Shown here piece by piece: positions 19,325 to 27,521 of a DNA stretch of 64,000 nucleotides. The stretch is from the NCBI GenBank assembly GCA_007693435.1, contig REDO01000057.1:9010-73009 (forward strand). Reading direction: 5' to 3'. The stretch's first letter is position 1. Each line of letters begins with the position of its first letter. Position numbers and translations under genes: made by a program. The DNA comes from Salinarimonadaceae bacterium. GTDB taxonomy: Bacteria; Pseudomonadota; Alphaproteobacteria; Rhizobiales; Beijerinckiaceae. The notes below the pieces were generated by a model, which did not search any database, had not been told where the DNA came from, and saw nothing but the letters and a program-made list of their open reading frames with translations.

Positions 19325-20497
19325 TCAGCGATCGGCGGGAACGAGACGCAGGATGCGACCGTCGGACGCGTCGGTCAGCAGATAGATCATCCCGTCCGGC
19401 CCGGAGCGGACGTCGCGAATGCGCTCTTGCAGACCATCGAGCAAGCGTTCCTCGGCGACGATCGACGCGCCCTCGACGGAAAGGCGCGCCAGATGCTGTC
19501 CGGCGAGCGCGCCGATGAAGATATCCCCGCGCCATTCGGGGAAGACATCGCCCTCATAGAACGCCATGCCGGAGGGAGCGATGGATGGGTCCCAATAATA
19601 GACGGGCTGCTCCATGCCCTCTCGGTGCGTTCCCTCGCCGATCGGCGCGCCGGAGTAGTGGCGGCCATAGGCGATGACGGGCCAGCCGTAGTTGAGCCCG
19701 GCCTCGGGAATGTTGATTTCGTCGCCGCCGCGCGCGCCGTGCTCGTTCGTCCAGAGTATTCCGGTCGCGGGCTCGATCGCCGCGCCCTGGATGTTGCGAT
19801 GACCGATCGACCAGACCTCGGGCGCCCAGCCCTCGCGCGTCTCGGCCGGATTGCCGGGGGGAATCGAGCCGTCCGGATTGATGCGCATCAACGCGCCGAT
19901 GTGGTTGCCCGGCTCCTGCGCGTCGTCGGACCGGTCGCCCCGATCGCCGGACGAGATGAACAGCGTGCCGTCGGGCGAAAAGGCCAGACGGGCGCCGAAA
20001 TGACGGCCGCCGGGGGTCGCGGGCTGCTGGCGGAATATCGTCTCTACGTCGTGCAGGGCGAGGCCGTCGCGGTCGAGCCGGGCTCGCGCGACGCTCAGAG
20101 CGGCGCCCCCGTCGCGCGCTTCCGCGAAGGCGAGATAGACGAGATTGTTGGTCTCGAAATCAGGGTCGAGCGCGACGTCGAGCATTCCGCCCTGCCCGCT
20201 CGCGGCCACGTCGGGCGTGCCGGATAAAGGCTGCGAAAGGGCGCCGTCCGGAGTTGCGATACGGACACGGCCTGGACGCTCGGTCACGAGCATTGCTCTG
20301 TCGGGGAGAAAAGCGAGACCCCAGGGATGCACCAGCCCGGACGCGACCGTTTCGACGCGGACGGGACCGTGCTGGGATTCGAATACGTCCGCCAGCGCCG
20401 GCGCGCCGGCGGCCAGGAGAATTGCGGTTGCAAGGCCAACGCCGAAAGTCCGGGCAGCCGATATGCGCTCGACGGCGCGTGGCATGGCGTCGACCAT
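19325..20497 (-). CDS. PQQ-dependent soluble sugar (aldose/sorbosone) dehydrogenase, YliI-like, secreted
   Basis: A signal peptide is present (GLATAILLAAGAPALA). Beta-propeller motifs include HPWGLAFLPD, GRHFGARLAFSPDG, WSIGHRNIQG, HGARGGDEIN and NYGWP. Confidence 0.85.
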   Translation of the reverse strand: MVDAMPRAVERISAARTFGVGLATAILLAAGAPALADVFESQHGPVRVETVASGLVHPWGLAFLPDRAMLVTERPGRVRIATPDGALSQPLSGTPDVAASGQGGMLDVALDPDFETNNLVYLAFAEARDGGAALSVARARLDRDGLALHDVETIFRQQPATPGGRHFGARLAFSPDGTLFISSGDRGDRSDDAQEPGNHIGALMRINPDGSIPPGNPAETREGWAPEVWSIGHRNIQGAAIEPATGILWTNEHGARGGDEINIPEAGLNYGWPVIAYGRHYSGAPIGEGTHREGMEQPVYYWDPSIAPSGMAFYEGDVFPEWRGDIFIGALAGQHLARLSVEGASIVAEERLLDGLQERIRDVRSGPDGMIYLLTDASDGRILRLVPADR

Positions 20498-20727
20498 GTC
20501 GATCTCCTTTGCTCGTTGCTGCGTCGATGTCTTCCACGTCAGGTAACCCCGGCTCGCGCCGTGTCAAGGCGGGCGGTCCGCCAAGCGGCCGGACGGGCGG
20601 CTGGACCACCAGCCCGAGAATGTTGCCGGGAACAAAAGCCGCTCCGGCCGGGTTGAGGAAGCGAGGACCGTTCCACCGGACGCTCCGGATCCGAGCGATC
20701 GAACGGTCACCGACAGGAGGCGTCGCC

Positions 20728-21135
20728 ATGCAGCATGACCGCGACTTTCGATCTGCGAGCGGCCTCGACGCGCTCTTCGCCGAGGCCGCCTCCGCCGCCA
20801 CGGATCTCGCACGCGCCGAAATGGCGCTGTTGCGTCGCGAGGTCACTGCAAACATGCAGCGCTTCACGAACGGAATCCTCGCTGCCATCGCCGCCCTGCT
20901 TTGTGGTTTCCTCGCGCTTGCGCTCGCGAGCCTCGCCGTCGTCGAGTGGCTGACGCCGGCCCTGGAGTCGCGGGCGCTGGCGTCTCTGGTCACTGCGGCG
21001 ATGGTGATCGCTATCGCCATTCCCTGCATCCTCTTCGCCCGAGCGCGCCTTTCCAGCGAAATGCTCGATCCGCGCCGAACGCGCCAGTCGCTGGCGGGTT
21101 TCGGCTCACAGCTGCGGCGGAGTCTTCGCCGATGA
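20728..21135 (+). CDS. holin-X-like membrane protein (Phage_holin_3_6 family; stress-associated in alphaproteobacteria)
   Basis: AGGAGG lies 7 nt upstream of ATG 20728. LFAEAASAATDLARAEMALLRREV is followed by two TM helices, a typical family layout. Confidence 0.65.
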   Translation: MQHDRDFRSASGLDALFAEAASAATDLARAEMALLRREVTANMQRFTNGILAAIAALLCGFLALALASLAVVEWLTPALESRALASLVTAAMVIAIAIPCILFARARLSSEMLDPRRTRQSLAGFGSQLRRSLRR

Positions 21136-22019
21136 GCGAACCGATCGACGAACTGGAGCGCGACGTCGCATACGCCCGCGATCGCCTCGCCTTCGCGGTG
21201 CGGGGGATCGACGCCCGCCTCACCCCGGCCGGCCTCGCAGACGAGGCGGTAACGGGGCTCATGAACGGCGGCGGGCGCAGCGGCGGCCCTTCCGCCGGGC
21301 GCTCTCTTGCGATGCTGGCAGGCTATGCGGGCCTGAAACTCGCCCTTGGACGATTGACCGCGCGACGCAAAGCGCGCGCGACGCCCGAAACCGACGATGA
21401 CACAGGGCGCATGAAGCCCAAGGAGGAAAGAATGTCTGACGACAGGAAAAACGAAAAATCCGACCCCAGCAGCGCCGGTGGCGCGGCGGGAACCTACTCC
21501 TCGAACCCTGCCGCCGAGGTCGCGGAGAATATCGCCGAGAACGCGCGCCGCGTCGGGCGACGGGCCGGCTCAGCCGCGTCGGACGTCATGAATGAGGCGA
21601 GCGATGCGACGGAGGATGTCGTCGACAACCTTCGCGAGCGGGGCCGTGAGGCCGTCGATGAGGGTCTGCGCCGCGGGCGTCGCGGCTACCAGAGAGTCCG
21701 CCGCCATGCCGCCGAAGCCCTGGATGAGACACGCGAGCAGGCGGAACACGCTGCGGATTGGGCGCGCGAAGGTCTGGAAGATGCGGGCGCCTGGGCCGAG
21801 GAGTATTATCACGAAGCCGCTGAAATCGGAGCGCGCGGCTACCGCCAGGCGCGCCGTTTCGCGCGCTCGAATCCGCTGGCGGTCGGCGCGATCGGCCTCG
21901 TGGCTGGGTTGGTCGTCGGCGTTCTCCTCGCAAGGGGCGGGGGCAACGAACCACTCCCGCCGCGGCGTCGCACGCGCGACGATTACGACCGTGGTTACGA
22001 TCGCGAACATCGACGCTGA
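21132..22019 (+). CDS. DUF3618-like N-terminus fused to a DUF883/ElaB-like helical region with C-terminal TM anchor
   Basis: The ATG overlaps the upstream stop (ATGA). MSEPIDELERDVAYARDRLAFAV is the DUF3618-type start. The rest is charged helical repeats ending in SNPLAVGAIGLVAGLVVGVLLA, an ElaB/YqjD-like tail anchor. Confidence 0.55.
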   Translation: MSEPIDELERDVAYARDRLAFAVRGIDARLTPAGLADEAVTGLMNGGGRSGGPSAGRSLAMLAGYAGLKLALGRLTARRKARATPETDDDTGRMKPKEERMSDDRKNEKSDPSSAGGAAGTYSSNPAAEVAENIAENARRVGRRAGSAASDVMNEASDATEDVVDNLRERGREAVDEGLRRGRRGYQRVRRHAAEALDETREQAEHAADWAREGLEDAGAWAEEYYHEAAEIGARGYRQARRFARSNPLAVGAIGLVAGLVVGVLLARGGGNEPLPPRRRTRDDYDRGYDREHRR

Positions 22020-22028
22020 GGGAGCGGA

Positions 22029-24863
22029 TCAGACGGCGAGCGCCGCATCAGCGGCCGGGATTCGAGGCTCGAACGCCTCGGGAAACGCGTCCGCCAGTGC
22101 GGCGAGAGCCGTGTCTAGCCGTGACCGCGCATCGGCGATGGCCTCTTGATCAGTCGCGCGGCCATCCTGACGCGCCGACGCCTCTATTTCTTGCAGCAGA
22201 GATGCGAGGTCGGTCGCGCCGATATTCACGCTCATCGATTTGAGCGCATGAGCCGCCGAAGCGCAGCCTGCGGCGTCTCCTGAAGCGGCAGCCTGGGCCA
22301 ATTCCTCGAGAGCGCGCGGGGCGTTTTCGCGATAGAGGCCGACGATCCGAACGAGGAAACCCGCCCCCGCCGAGCCGGCCATCTCGGCGAGTTGCGCCAT
22401 CGTCTCCTGATCGAGAACCGGCGCGCCCGTCGAATCCGGCGCGGCGTCCGGCTGGGACGCGGAGCCGCGTTGAGCCGACGGCGGCTGATCGGGCGCAGTC
22501 GGGCGCTCCGATGCGGGCTCGGACGTCAGGAACGAAGCGAGCATTTCTCCGAGCTTCGGCACGGTGAACGGCTTGTGGAGGATGGCGTCCATCCCCGCGT
22601 CGCGCCAGCCCTCGGCGTCCGCGCCGACGACATGCGCGGTGAGAGCGACGATCGGGGTGCGCAGGCGCCCGGCGGCGCTTTCGACGGCGCGGATGCGCCT
22701 CGTCGCCTCGTAGCCGTCCATTTCGGGCATCGAAACGTCCATCAGAACGAGATCGTAGCCGCCCTCCCGCGCGGCGGCGAGGGCCTCGCGGCCGTTCGTG
22801 ACGGTGTCCGGCTCGACGCCGAAGCGCGCCAGCGCCGCAATGGCGACTTCGCGGTTGACCGGGCTGTCGTCGGCCACGAGGATGCGGGCGCGCGAAAATC
22901 GGGGCAGCTCGCCTCCGATCGCGGCGGCCGCGACGGAGGGCTCGGCGAGCGGCGCGCCGCTTCGGATCCTGGCGAACAGCGCGCGCGTTTCCTGAGCCGA
23001 TAGCGGTCGACGCAGCAGCGTGTCAGCAAGACCGCGCGCCAGCGCCTCCTCGCCGACGGGATCGCCGAAAGTCGCCAGCGCGACGACGCCGAGCGCCCGC
23101 TGCGGGCGCGTTCCGACCGCGACCAGGTCGTCGGCGTCGGCGAGCCAGTATCCCGGCGGCGGATCGGCGGCGATTTCGGGCTTCGCGGCTGTGTCGATCA
23201 TCGTGAACCCGCTGGTCTGCGCGAAGGCGGCGAGCGCCTCGCGGGTCGCCGCGCCGCGGGCGCAGAACAGGAGCGGCGCCGGAGCGGCCTCATCCTTGGC
23301 CCCCTCCTCGCTTTCCGAGTCGAGTTCGACCAGCGGAACCGAGAAGAAGAAGCGCGAGCCGCGTCCACTCTCGCTCTCGACGCCGATCTCCCCGCCCATG
23401 GCCTCGACGAGGCGCTTGCAGATCGACAGGCCGAGCCCCGTTCCGCCGAATTGGCGCGTCGTGGACTGGTCCGCCTGCGAAAAGGCTTCGAAGATCGCGC
23501 CGAGCTTGTCGGCGGGGATGCCGATGCCGGTATCCTCGACGCCGACGAGCAAACGGCCGCGATCCGAACTGTCGCGACCGATGCGCACGAGGACGTGGCC
23601 ATCCTTCGTGAACTTGATCGCGTTGCCGACGAGGTTGGAGACGACCTGCGTCAAGCGGGTCGGATCGCCTGCGACCGCGACGGGCGCTTCCGGCTCGATC
23701 ACGGCGGCGAGGTCGAGCCCCGCCGAGCGGGCGCGTTCGCCGAAGAGCGCCGTCACGGTGTCGGCGACGTCGCGCAGATCAACGCGCGTCTCCTCGAGCT
23801 CAAGCTTGCCGGACTCGACCTTGGCGAAGTCGAGAATGTCGTTGATGATCGAGAGAAGCGACTGTCCCGAACGCGCGATCACCTCGGCGTAGCGCCGCTG
23901 CCGCTCTGGCAGTTCCGAACCCGCCAGCAGCTCCGCCATCACGAGCATGCCGTTCATGGGCGTGCGGATCTCGTGACTCATCGTGGCGAGGAAGTCGGAC
24001 TTCGCCCGGTTCGCTTCCTCGGCGAGGTCCTTGGCCTCGAGAAGATCGCGCGTTCGCGAGGCGACGTCGTCCTCCAGCTGCTCCCTGTGCCTCGCGAGGC
24101 GCTCGTCACGCTTGCGGATCTCGCCGATCATGGTGTTGAAACTGAGCGCGAGCTGACCGATCTCGTCGTTGCTCACAACCGGAGCGCGTGCGTCGTAGTT
24201 GTGGTTCAGGCGCACGCCTGTCATCGTCTGCGCCAACGCAATCAGCGGCCGCGTGATCTGCCGCTGCATTCGGATCGAGATGCCGAGCCCGATCAGGACC
24301 GCGAGGACGACCGTCAACAATCCCATCAAAATCTGCTCGACAAGGCGCTCGCGAAGTTCGCCGGTGTCGCTCACGAGGGTGATCTCACCGACGCGGCTGC
24401 CGCTGGACACCACGGGCGTCCGCACGAGCACGGAGCTGCTGCGCGCCAGCGCGAGCGGCGAGAACGCGATGCCTTCGCCGATGTCGAGATCGCCGTCGAG
24501 ACGAACGCCGTCTCCGAGTTCGGCGATCAAGACGCCTTGTTCATCGCGCACGGCCGCGTAGGTGAGGGTCGGCACGCGGGCGATCGCTCTGATGGCCTGA
24601 AGCACGGCATGACGGTCTCGCGCCTCGATGGCCTGCGCCGCGGCCGAACCGAAGACTTGCGAAGCGACGATGAGCTCGCTGCGCTTCTGCGATCCGTAAC
24701 GCTCGATTTCCCGCCAGAGACCGACGCCGGAGCCGATCAACAGGCCCACCCCGACGGCGATCAGCACCAGGCGGCCGATCTTCCAGTTGATGGAACGCTG
24801 CTTTTTCACGCGAGGCCCTGTATCGGCGAGAATCCTCGCAATATCGCAGGGAGACGTAAGCAA
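22029..24863 (-). CDS. hybrid sensor histidine kinase/response regulator (TM-sensor-TM, HAMP, HisKA, HATPase, REC, Hpt)
   Basis: The H-box SHEIRTPMNG, N-box VSNLVGNAIKFT, G-boxes DTGIGI and GGTGLGLSICKRLVE, REC (ILVADDSPVN ... LVLMDVSMPEMDG ... HKPF) and C-terminal Hpt (AAHALKSMSVNIGA) are all present. The start is TTG at 24863. Confidence 0.9.
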   Translation of the reverse strand: MLTSPCDIARILADTGPRVKKQRSINWKIGRLVLIAVGVGLLIGSGVGLWREIERYGSQKRSELIVASQVFGSAAAQAIEARDRHAVLQAIRAIARVPTLTYAAVRDEQGVLIAELGDGVRLDGDLDIGEGIAFSPLALARSSSVLVRTPVVSSGSRVGEITLVSDTGELRERLVEQILMGLLTVVLAVLIGLGISIRMQRQITRPLIALAQTMTGVRLNHNYDARAPVVSNDEIGQLALSFNTMIGEIRKRDERLARHREQLEDDVASRTRDLLEAKDLAEEANRAKSDFLATMSHEIRTPMNGMLVMAELLAGSELPERQRRYAEVIARSGQSLLSIINDILDFAKVESGKLELEETRVDLRDVADTVTALFGERARSAGLDLAAVIEPEAPVAVAGDPTRLTQVVSNLVGNAIKFTKDGHVLVRIGRDSSDRGRLLVGVEDTGIGIPADKLGAIFEAFSQADQSTTRQFGGTGLGLSICKRLVEAMGGEIGVESESGRGSRFFFSVPLVELDSESEEGAKDEAAPAPLLFCARGAATREALAAFAQTSGFTMIDTAAKPEIAADPPPGYWLADADDLVAVGTRPQRALGVVALATFGDPVGEEALARGLADTLLRRPLSAQETRALFARIRSGAPLAEPSVAAAAIGGELPRFSRARILVADDSPVNREVAIAALARFGVEPDTVTNGREALAAAREGGYDLVLMDVSMPEMDGYEATRRIRAVESAAGRLRTPIVALTAHVVGADAEGWRDAGMDAILHKPFTVPKLGEMLASFLTSEPASERPTAPDQPPSAQRGSASQPDAAPDSTGAPVLDQETMAQLAEMAGSAGAGFLVRIVGLYRENAPRALEELAQAAASGDAAGCASAAHALKSMSVNIGATDLASLLQEIEASARQDGRATDQEAIADARSRLDTALAALADAFPEAFEPRIPAADAALAV

Positions 24864-24888
24864 TCGCTTAAGGGCTGCAAAATTTTAT

Positions 24889-24903
24889 TAACCGCGGCGG
24901 TTA
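24889..24903. promoter_or_regulatory. perfect palindrome TAACCGC-G-GCGGTTA in the divergent kinase/regulator intergenic region
   Basis: The 7-1-7 inverted repeat sits in the AT-rich 93-bp gap between the divergent starts at 24863 and 24957. Confidence 0.35.
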
Positions 24904-24956
24904 GGGCGACAATAACATTTGGGGTTGTATTGAAAAGATCCAACAGGGATTCCGTG

Positions 24957-26081
24957 ATGCTCCTCGGTCGCTCAAACGACGGATACATTTACCTCTTTAC
25001 GGATCCGGTGCGCGTGCTCGCCGTGGACGACGACCCGATCATGCGCGAGTTCGCGGTCGCCCAGCTTTCCCATCCAGGCGGCGAGATCGTCACGGCGTTC
25101 GACGGCCAGGACGCCTGGCAGAAGCTGCAATCCGACGAGCGTGGTTTCGATCTGGTCATCAGCGACCTCGAGATGCCGCGCATGACGGGTTTCAACCTGT
25201 GCGAGGAGATCCGCGCCGATGCGCGTTTCCGCGACCTGCCCGTCGTCGTGATCACCGGCCGGGACGACACTTTCGCCATCGACCGCGCCTATGAAGTCGG
25301 CGCGACGTCGTTCGTCGCCAAGCCCGTCAACTGGCGCCTGCTCGGCTATCAGCTCCGTTACGTCCTGCGCGCGTGCAGGACGGAGCACGGCGGCAGCTCG
25401 GCTCCGCCCAGTGCGATCGCAGCCCCGCCGGCGCAGGCTGCGCCGCACGACCTGCTACCGGCGCTATCGCGCGAAGCCTATAAACATATCGCCGCCATCG
25501 AGCACGCCGCCCGCGGGCTCAATGGCCCGTCCGCCGAGGATCTTCTCGAAACGGTCGAGGAGCTTGCCCGGATGCTCAAGCGCGCCACGTCGATCGCGGA
25601 TGTCGCGGCGGGCGCGATCGCGGAAACGAGCGAGGAAATCTCGCTCGCCGGCCTCCTGAACGAGCGCGCTCGGACGGCCGAATCGGCGGCGTCTGCGCGC
25701 AACGTCGCCATCGCCCTCGAACGGCCTCCCGCCCTTTGGCGCATCGAAGGAGACCGCCGCCTGCTCACCCAGGCGCTCGATCTGCTGATCGGAAAAATGG
25801 CGGCCAGCGCGGATGAGGGCTCGACGCTGCGCGTCAGCGCTGCGGCCGCCAGCGAGGCCGCCGATGGGCGAGCCGGTTTCGAAATCATCATGTCCGCGCA
25901 GGGTCGTCCTCTGCCGGAAGACCTCGACGGGGCGCTCTTGCTTCGGATCGTCGAGGCTCATGCCGGCGAATTGACGATCCGCCGCACGGCCGCCGCAGAA
26001 ACGCAGGCGCACCTCGTTCTGCCAGCGGCGCGCCCGACGAAACAGCCGATAGCCAAATTAACGATAGCAGGTTTCGCATGA
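24957..26081 (+). CDS. response-regulator receiver fused to a degenerate histidine-kinase-like (pseudokinase) domain
   Basis: REC is shown by VLAVDDDPIM, DLVISDLEMPRMTG, VVVITG and FVAKPV. The C-terminal half has an HK-like layout (IEGDRRLLTQALDLLIGKMAAS where the N-box would be, and LLRIVEAHAGELTI where G2 would be). It lacks the N-box Asn and the DxGxG and GxGxG boxes. Confidence 0.75.
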   Translation: MLLGRSNDGYIYLFTDPVRVLAVDDDPIMREFAVAQLSHPGGEIVTAFDGQDAWQKLQSDERGFDLVISDLEMPRMTGFNLCEEIRADARFRDLPVVVITGRDDTFAIDRAYEVGATSFVAKPVNWRLLGYQLRYVLRACRTEHGGSSAPPSAIAAPPAQAAPHDLLPALSREAYKHIAAIEHAARGLNGPSAEDLLETVEELARMLKRATSIADVAAGAIAETSEEISLAGLLNERARTAESAASARNVAIALERPPALWRIEGDRRLLTQALDLLIGKMAASADEGSTLRVSAAAASEAADGRAGFEIIMSAQGRPLPEDLDGALLLRIVEAHAGELTIRRTAAAETQAHLVLPAARPTKQPIAKLTIAGFA

Positions 26082-27481
26082 CCTCCAGCACCCGCACCCC
26101 TCCCGACCTTGCCATCGGACAAACGAACCAAGAGCCTCGCGGCGACGTCGTCGCAACGTTCGCGCATCGATTTTCGAGAAGCCGATCGGGCGGCATCGCG
26201 GTGGTGTTCTCGCTGGCGCTCGTCCCGCTGCTCGGATGCGTCGCGCTCGCGGTCGATGTCAGCACGTGGTACTCGGCGCGCACGGAAATGCAGAAAATCG
26301 CCGACGGCGCGGCGATCGCCGCGGCCCGCGAGTTGCGCGTGGGCTTCGCCTCACCTTCTCAAGTCGAGGCCGCCGCGCGCGCCTACGCCCAGGCCGCCCT
26401 GCATTACGGAGCGAAATCGGCGCGGGACGCCACGATCGTGGCGCAGGTATCGGCGGATCGCGACGCCGTCAGGGTCTCCGTCGCAAGCAGCCTTTCCCCC
26501 GTCTTCTCCCGCATCGTCTATAGCGGCCTCGCCAACGTGGAAGTCTCTTCGACCGCGCGACTGTCGGGCAGCGCCCCCATCTGCATGATCGGGACGAGGC
26601 CCAGAGGGCGAGGAGTGTTGAAGATGGAGGACACATCCTATCTTGATGCAGGCGGCTGCGGCATCTACGCGAATTCGACGCATCGGCACAGCCTCTATCT
26701 GAAAGATTCCTCCGTTGTTATGGCTAGTCTCATCTGCTCGGCGGGCGGCGTGCGCCTCAGAGGCGGGAGAGCCAGCCCAACGCCGCAGACCGATTGCCCC
26801 TCGGTCGGCGATCCACTCGCGCCGCGCATCGAGGCGGTCAAGGCGACCCTCGGCCAGCCATGCGGAGATTCCGATGGCATATTGAGAATCACGGGCAACA
26901 CGACGCTGAACCCTGGGAACTACTGTGGCGGAATCGAGATCGTCAACGGCGCGACGGTGAGATTCCAGTCGGGAAACTACATCATCGGAGGCGACGGCCT
27001 TACCGTGAAGGATAACGGGAGCATCATGGGCGAGTACGTCAGCATGCTGTTCGTGAATGGCGCTGCGTTCGATCTGAAGCAGGATTCGTCCATCCGGCTT
27101 TCGGCAAACCGTGACGGCGTGCTCGCAGGTATCCTGTTCATGCAGTATCCATACGCCGGAGCCGCCGACGATGATGACGACGACGACGTTCACGCCAACA
27201 TCAACATCAACATCAACATCGACGTCAAAGCCAAAGGCCGGTTCAGGATCTCCAGCAACGACGCGCGCGAACTTCTCGGGACGATTTACATCCCCTATGG
27301 CCGTTTCCAGGTCGACGCAGAGAGGCCGGTGGCGGGCGAATCCGCCTATACGGTCATCGTGGCCAACAGGGTCGAGATCTCGGACAAGGCCCGCCTGACG
27401 CTGAATATCGACTATGCGGCGACCGATGTCCCGGTGCCCGAGGGCATCGGACCGAACTCTCCGGTGAACATCGCCTACTGA
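26078..27481 (+). CDS. TadG/TadE-like (Flp pilus assembly-type N-terminus) membrane-anchored protein
   Basis: The ATG overlaps the upstream stop (ATGA). The N-terminus RSGGIAVVFSLALVPLLGCVALAVDVSTWY...MQKIADGAAIAAARE is the TadG-like N-terminal domain. The Gly/Asn-rich C-terminal region (GNYCGGIEIVNGATVRFQSGNYIIGG) is probably beta-helical. Confidence 0.7.
   Translation: MTSSTRTPPDLAIGQTNQEPRGDVVATFAHRFSRSRSGGIAVVFSLALVPLLGCVALAVDVSTWYSARTEMQKIADGAAIAAARELRVGFASPSQVEAAARAYAQAALHYGAKSARDATIVAQVSADRDAVRVSVASSLSPVFSRIVYSGLANVEVSSTARLSGSAPICMIGTRPRGRGVLKMEDTSYLDAGGCGIYANSTHRHSLYLKDSSVVMASLICSAGGVRLRGGRASPTPQTDCPSVGDPLAPRIEAVKATLGQPCGDSDGILRITGNTTLNPGNYCGGIEIVNGATVRFQSGNYIIGGDGLTVKDNGSIMGEYVSMLFVNGAAFDLKQDSSIRLSANRDGVLAGILFMQYPYAGAADDDDDDDVHANINININIDVKAKGRFRISSNDARELLGTIYIPYGRFQVDAERPVAGESAYTVIVANRVEISDKARLTLNIDYAATDVPVPEGIGPNSPVNIAY
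27167..27220 (+). repeat. GAY x7 (poly-Asp) followed by (AACATC)x4 hexanucleotide tandem repeat inside the TadG-like gene
   Basis: gacgatgatgacgacgacgac (27167-27187) encodes D7. aacatcaacatcaacatcaacatc (27197-27220) encodes NINININI. Confidence 0.9.
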
Positions 27482-27521
27482 CGGACGCGGCGCGAACCGC
27501 CGCCTTCCTCACCCGCCGGCC

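Noticed and set aside
20160-21029. 289-aa minus-strand ORF
   Set aside because: It overlaps the 5' end of the PQQ dehydrogenase in another frame and runs antisense to the holin-like gene. It is Arg/Ala-rich with no motifs.
23451-24956. N-terminal 500 aa of the 876-aa plus-strand ORF 23451..26081
   Set aside because: This part is antisense to the hybrid histidine kinase. Real coding begins at ATG 24957, where the REC domain starts after the AT-rich intergenic region.
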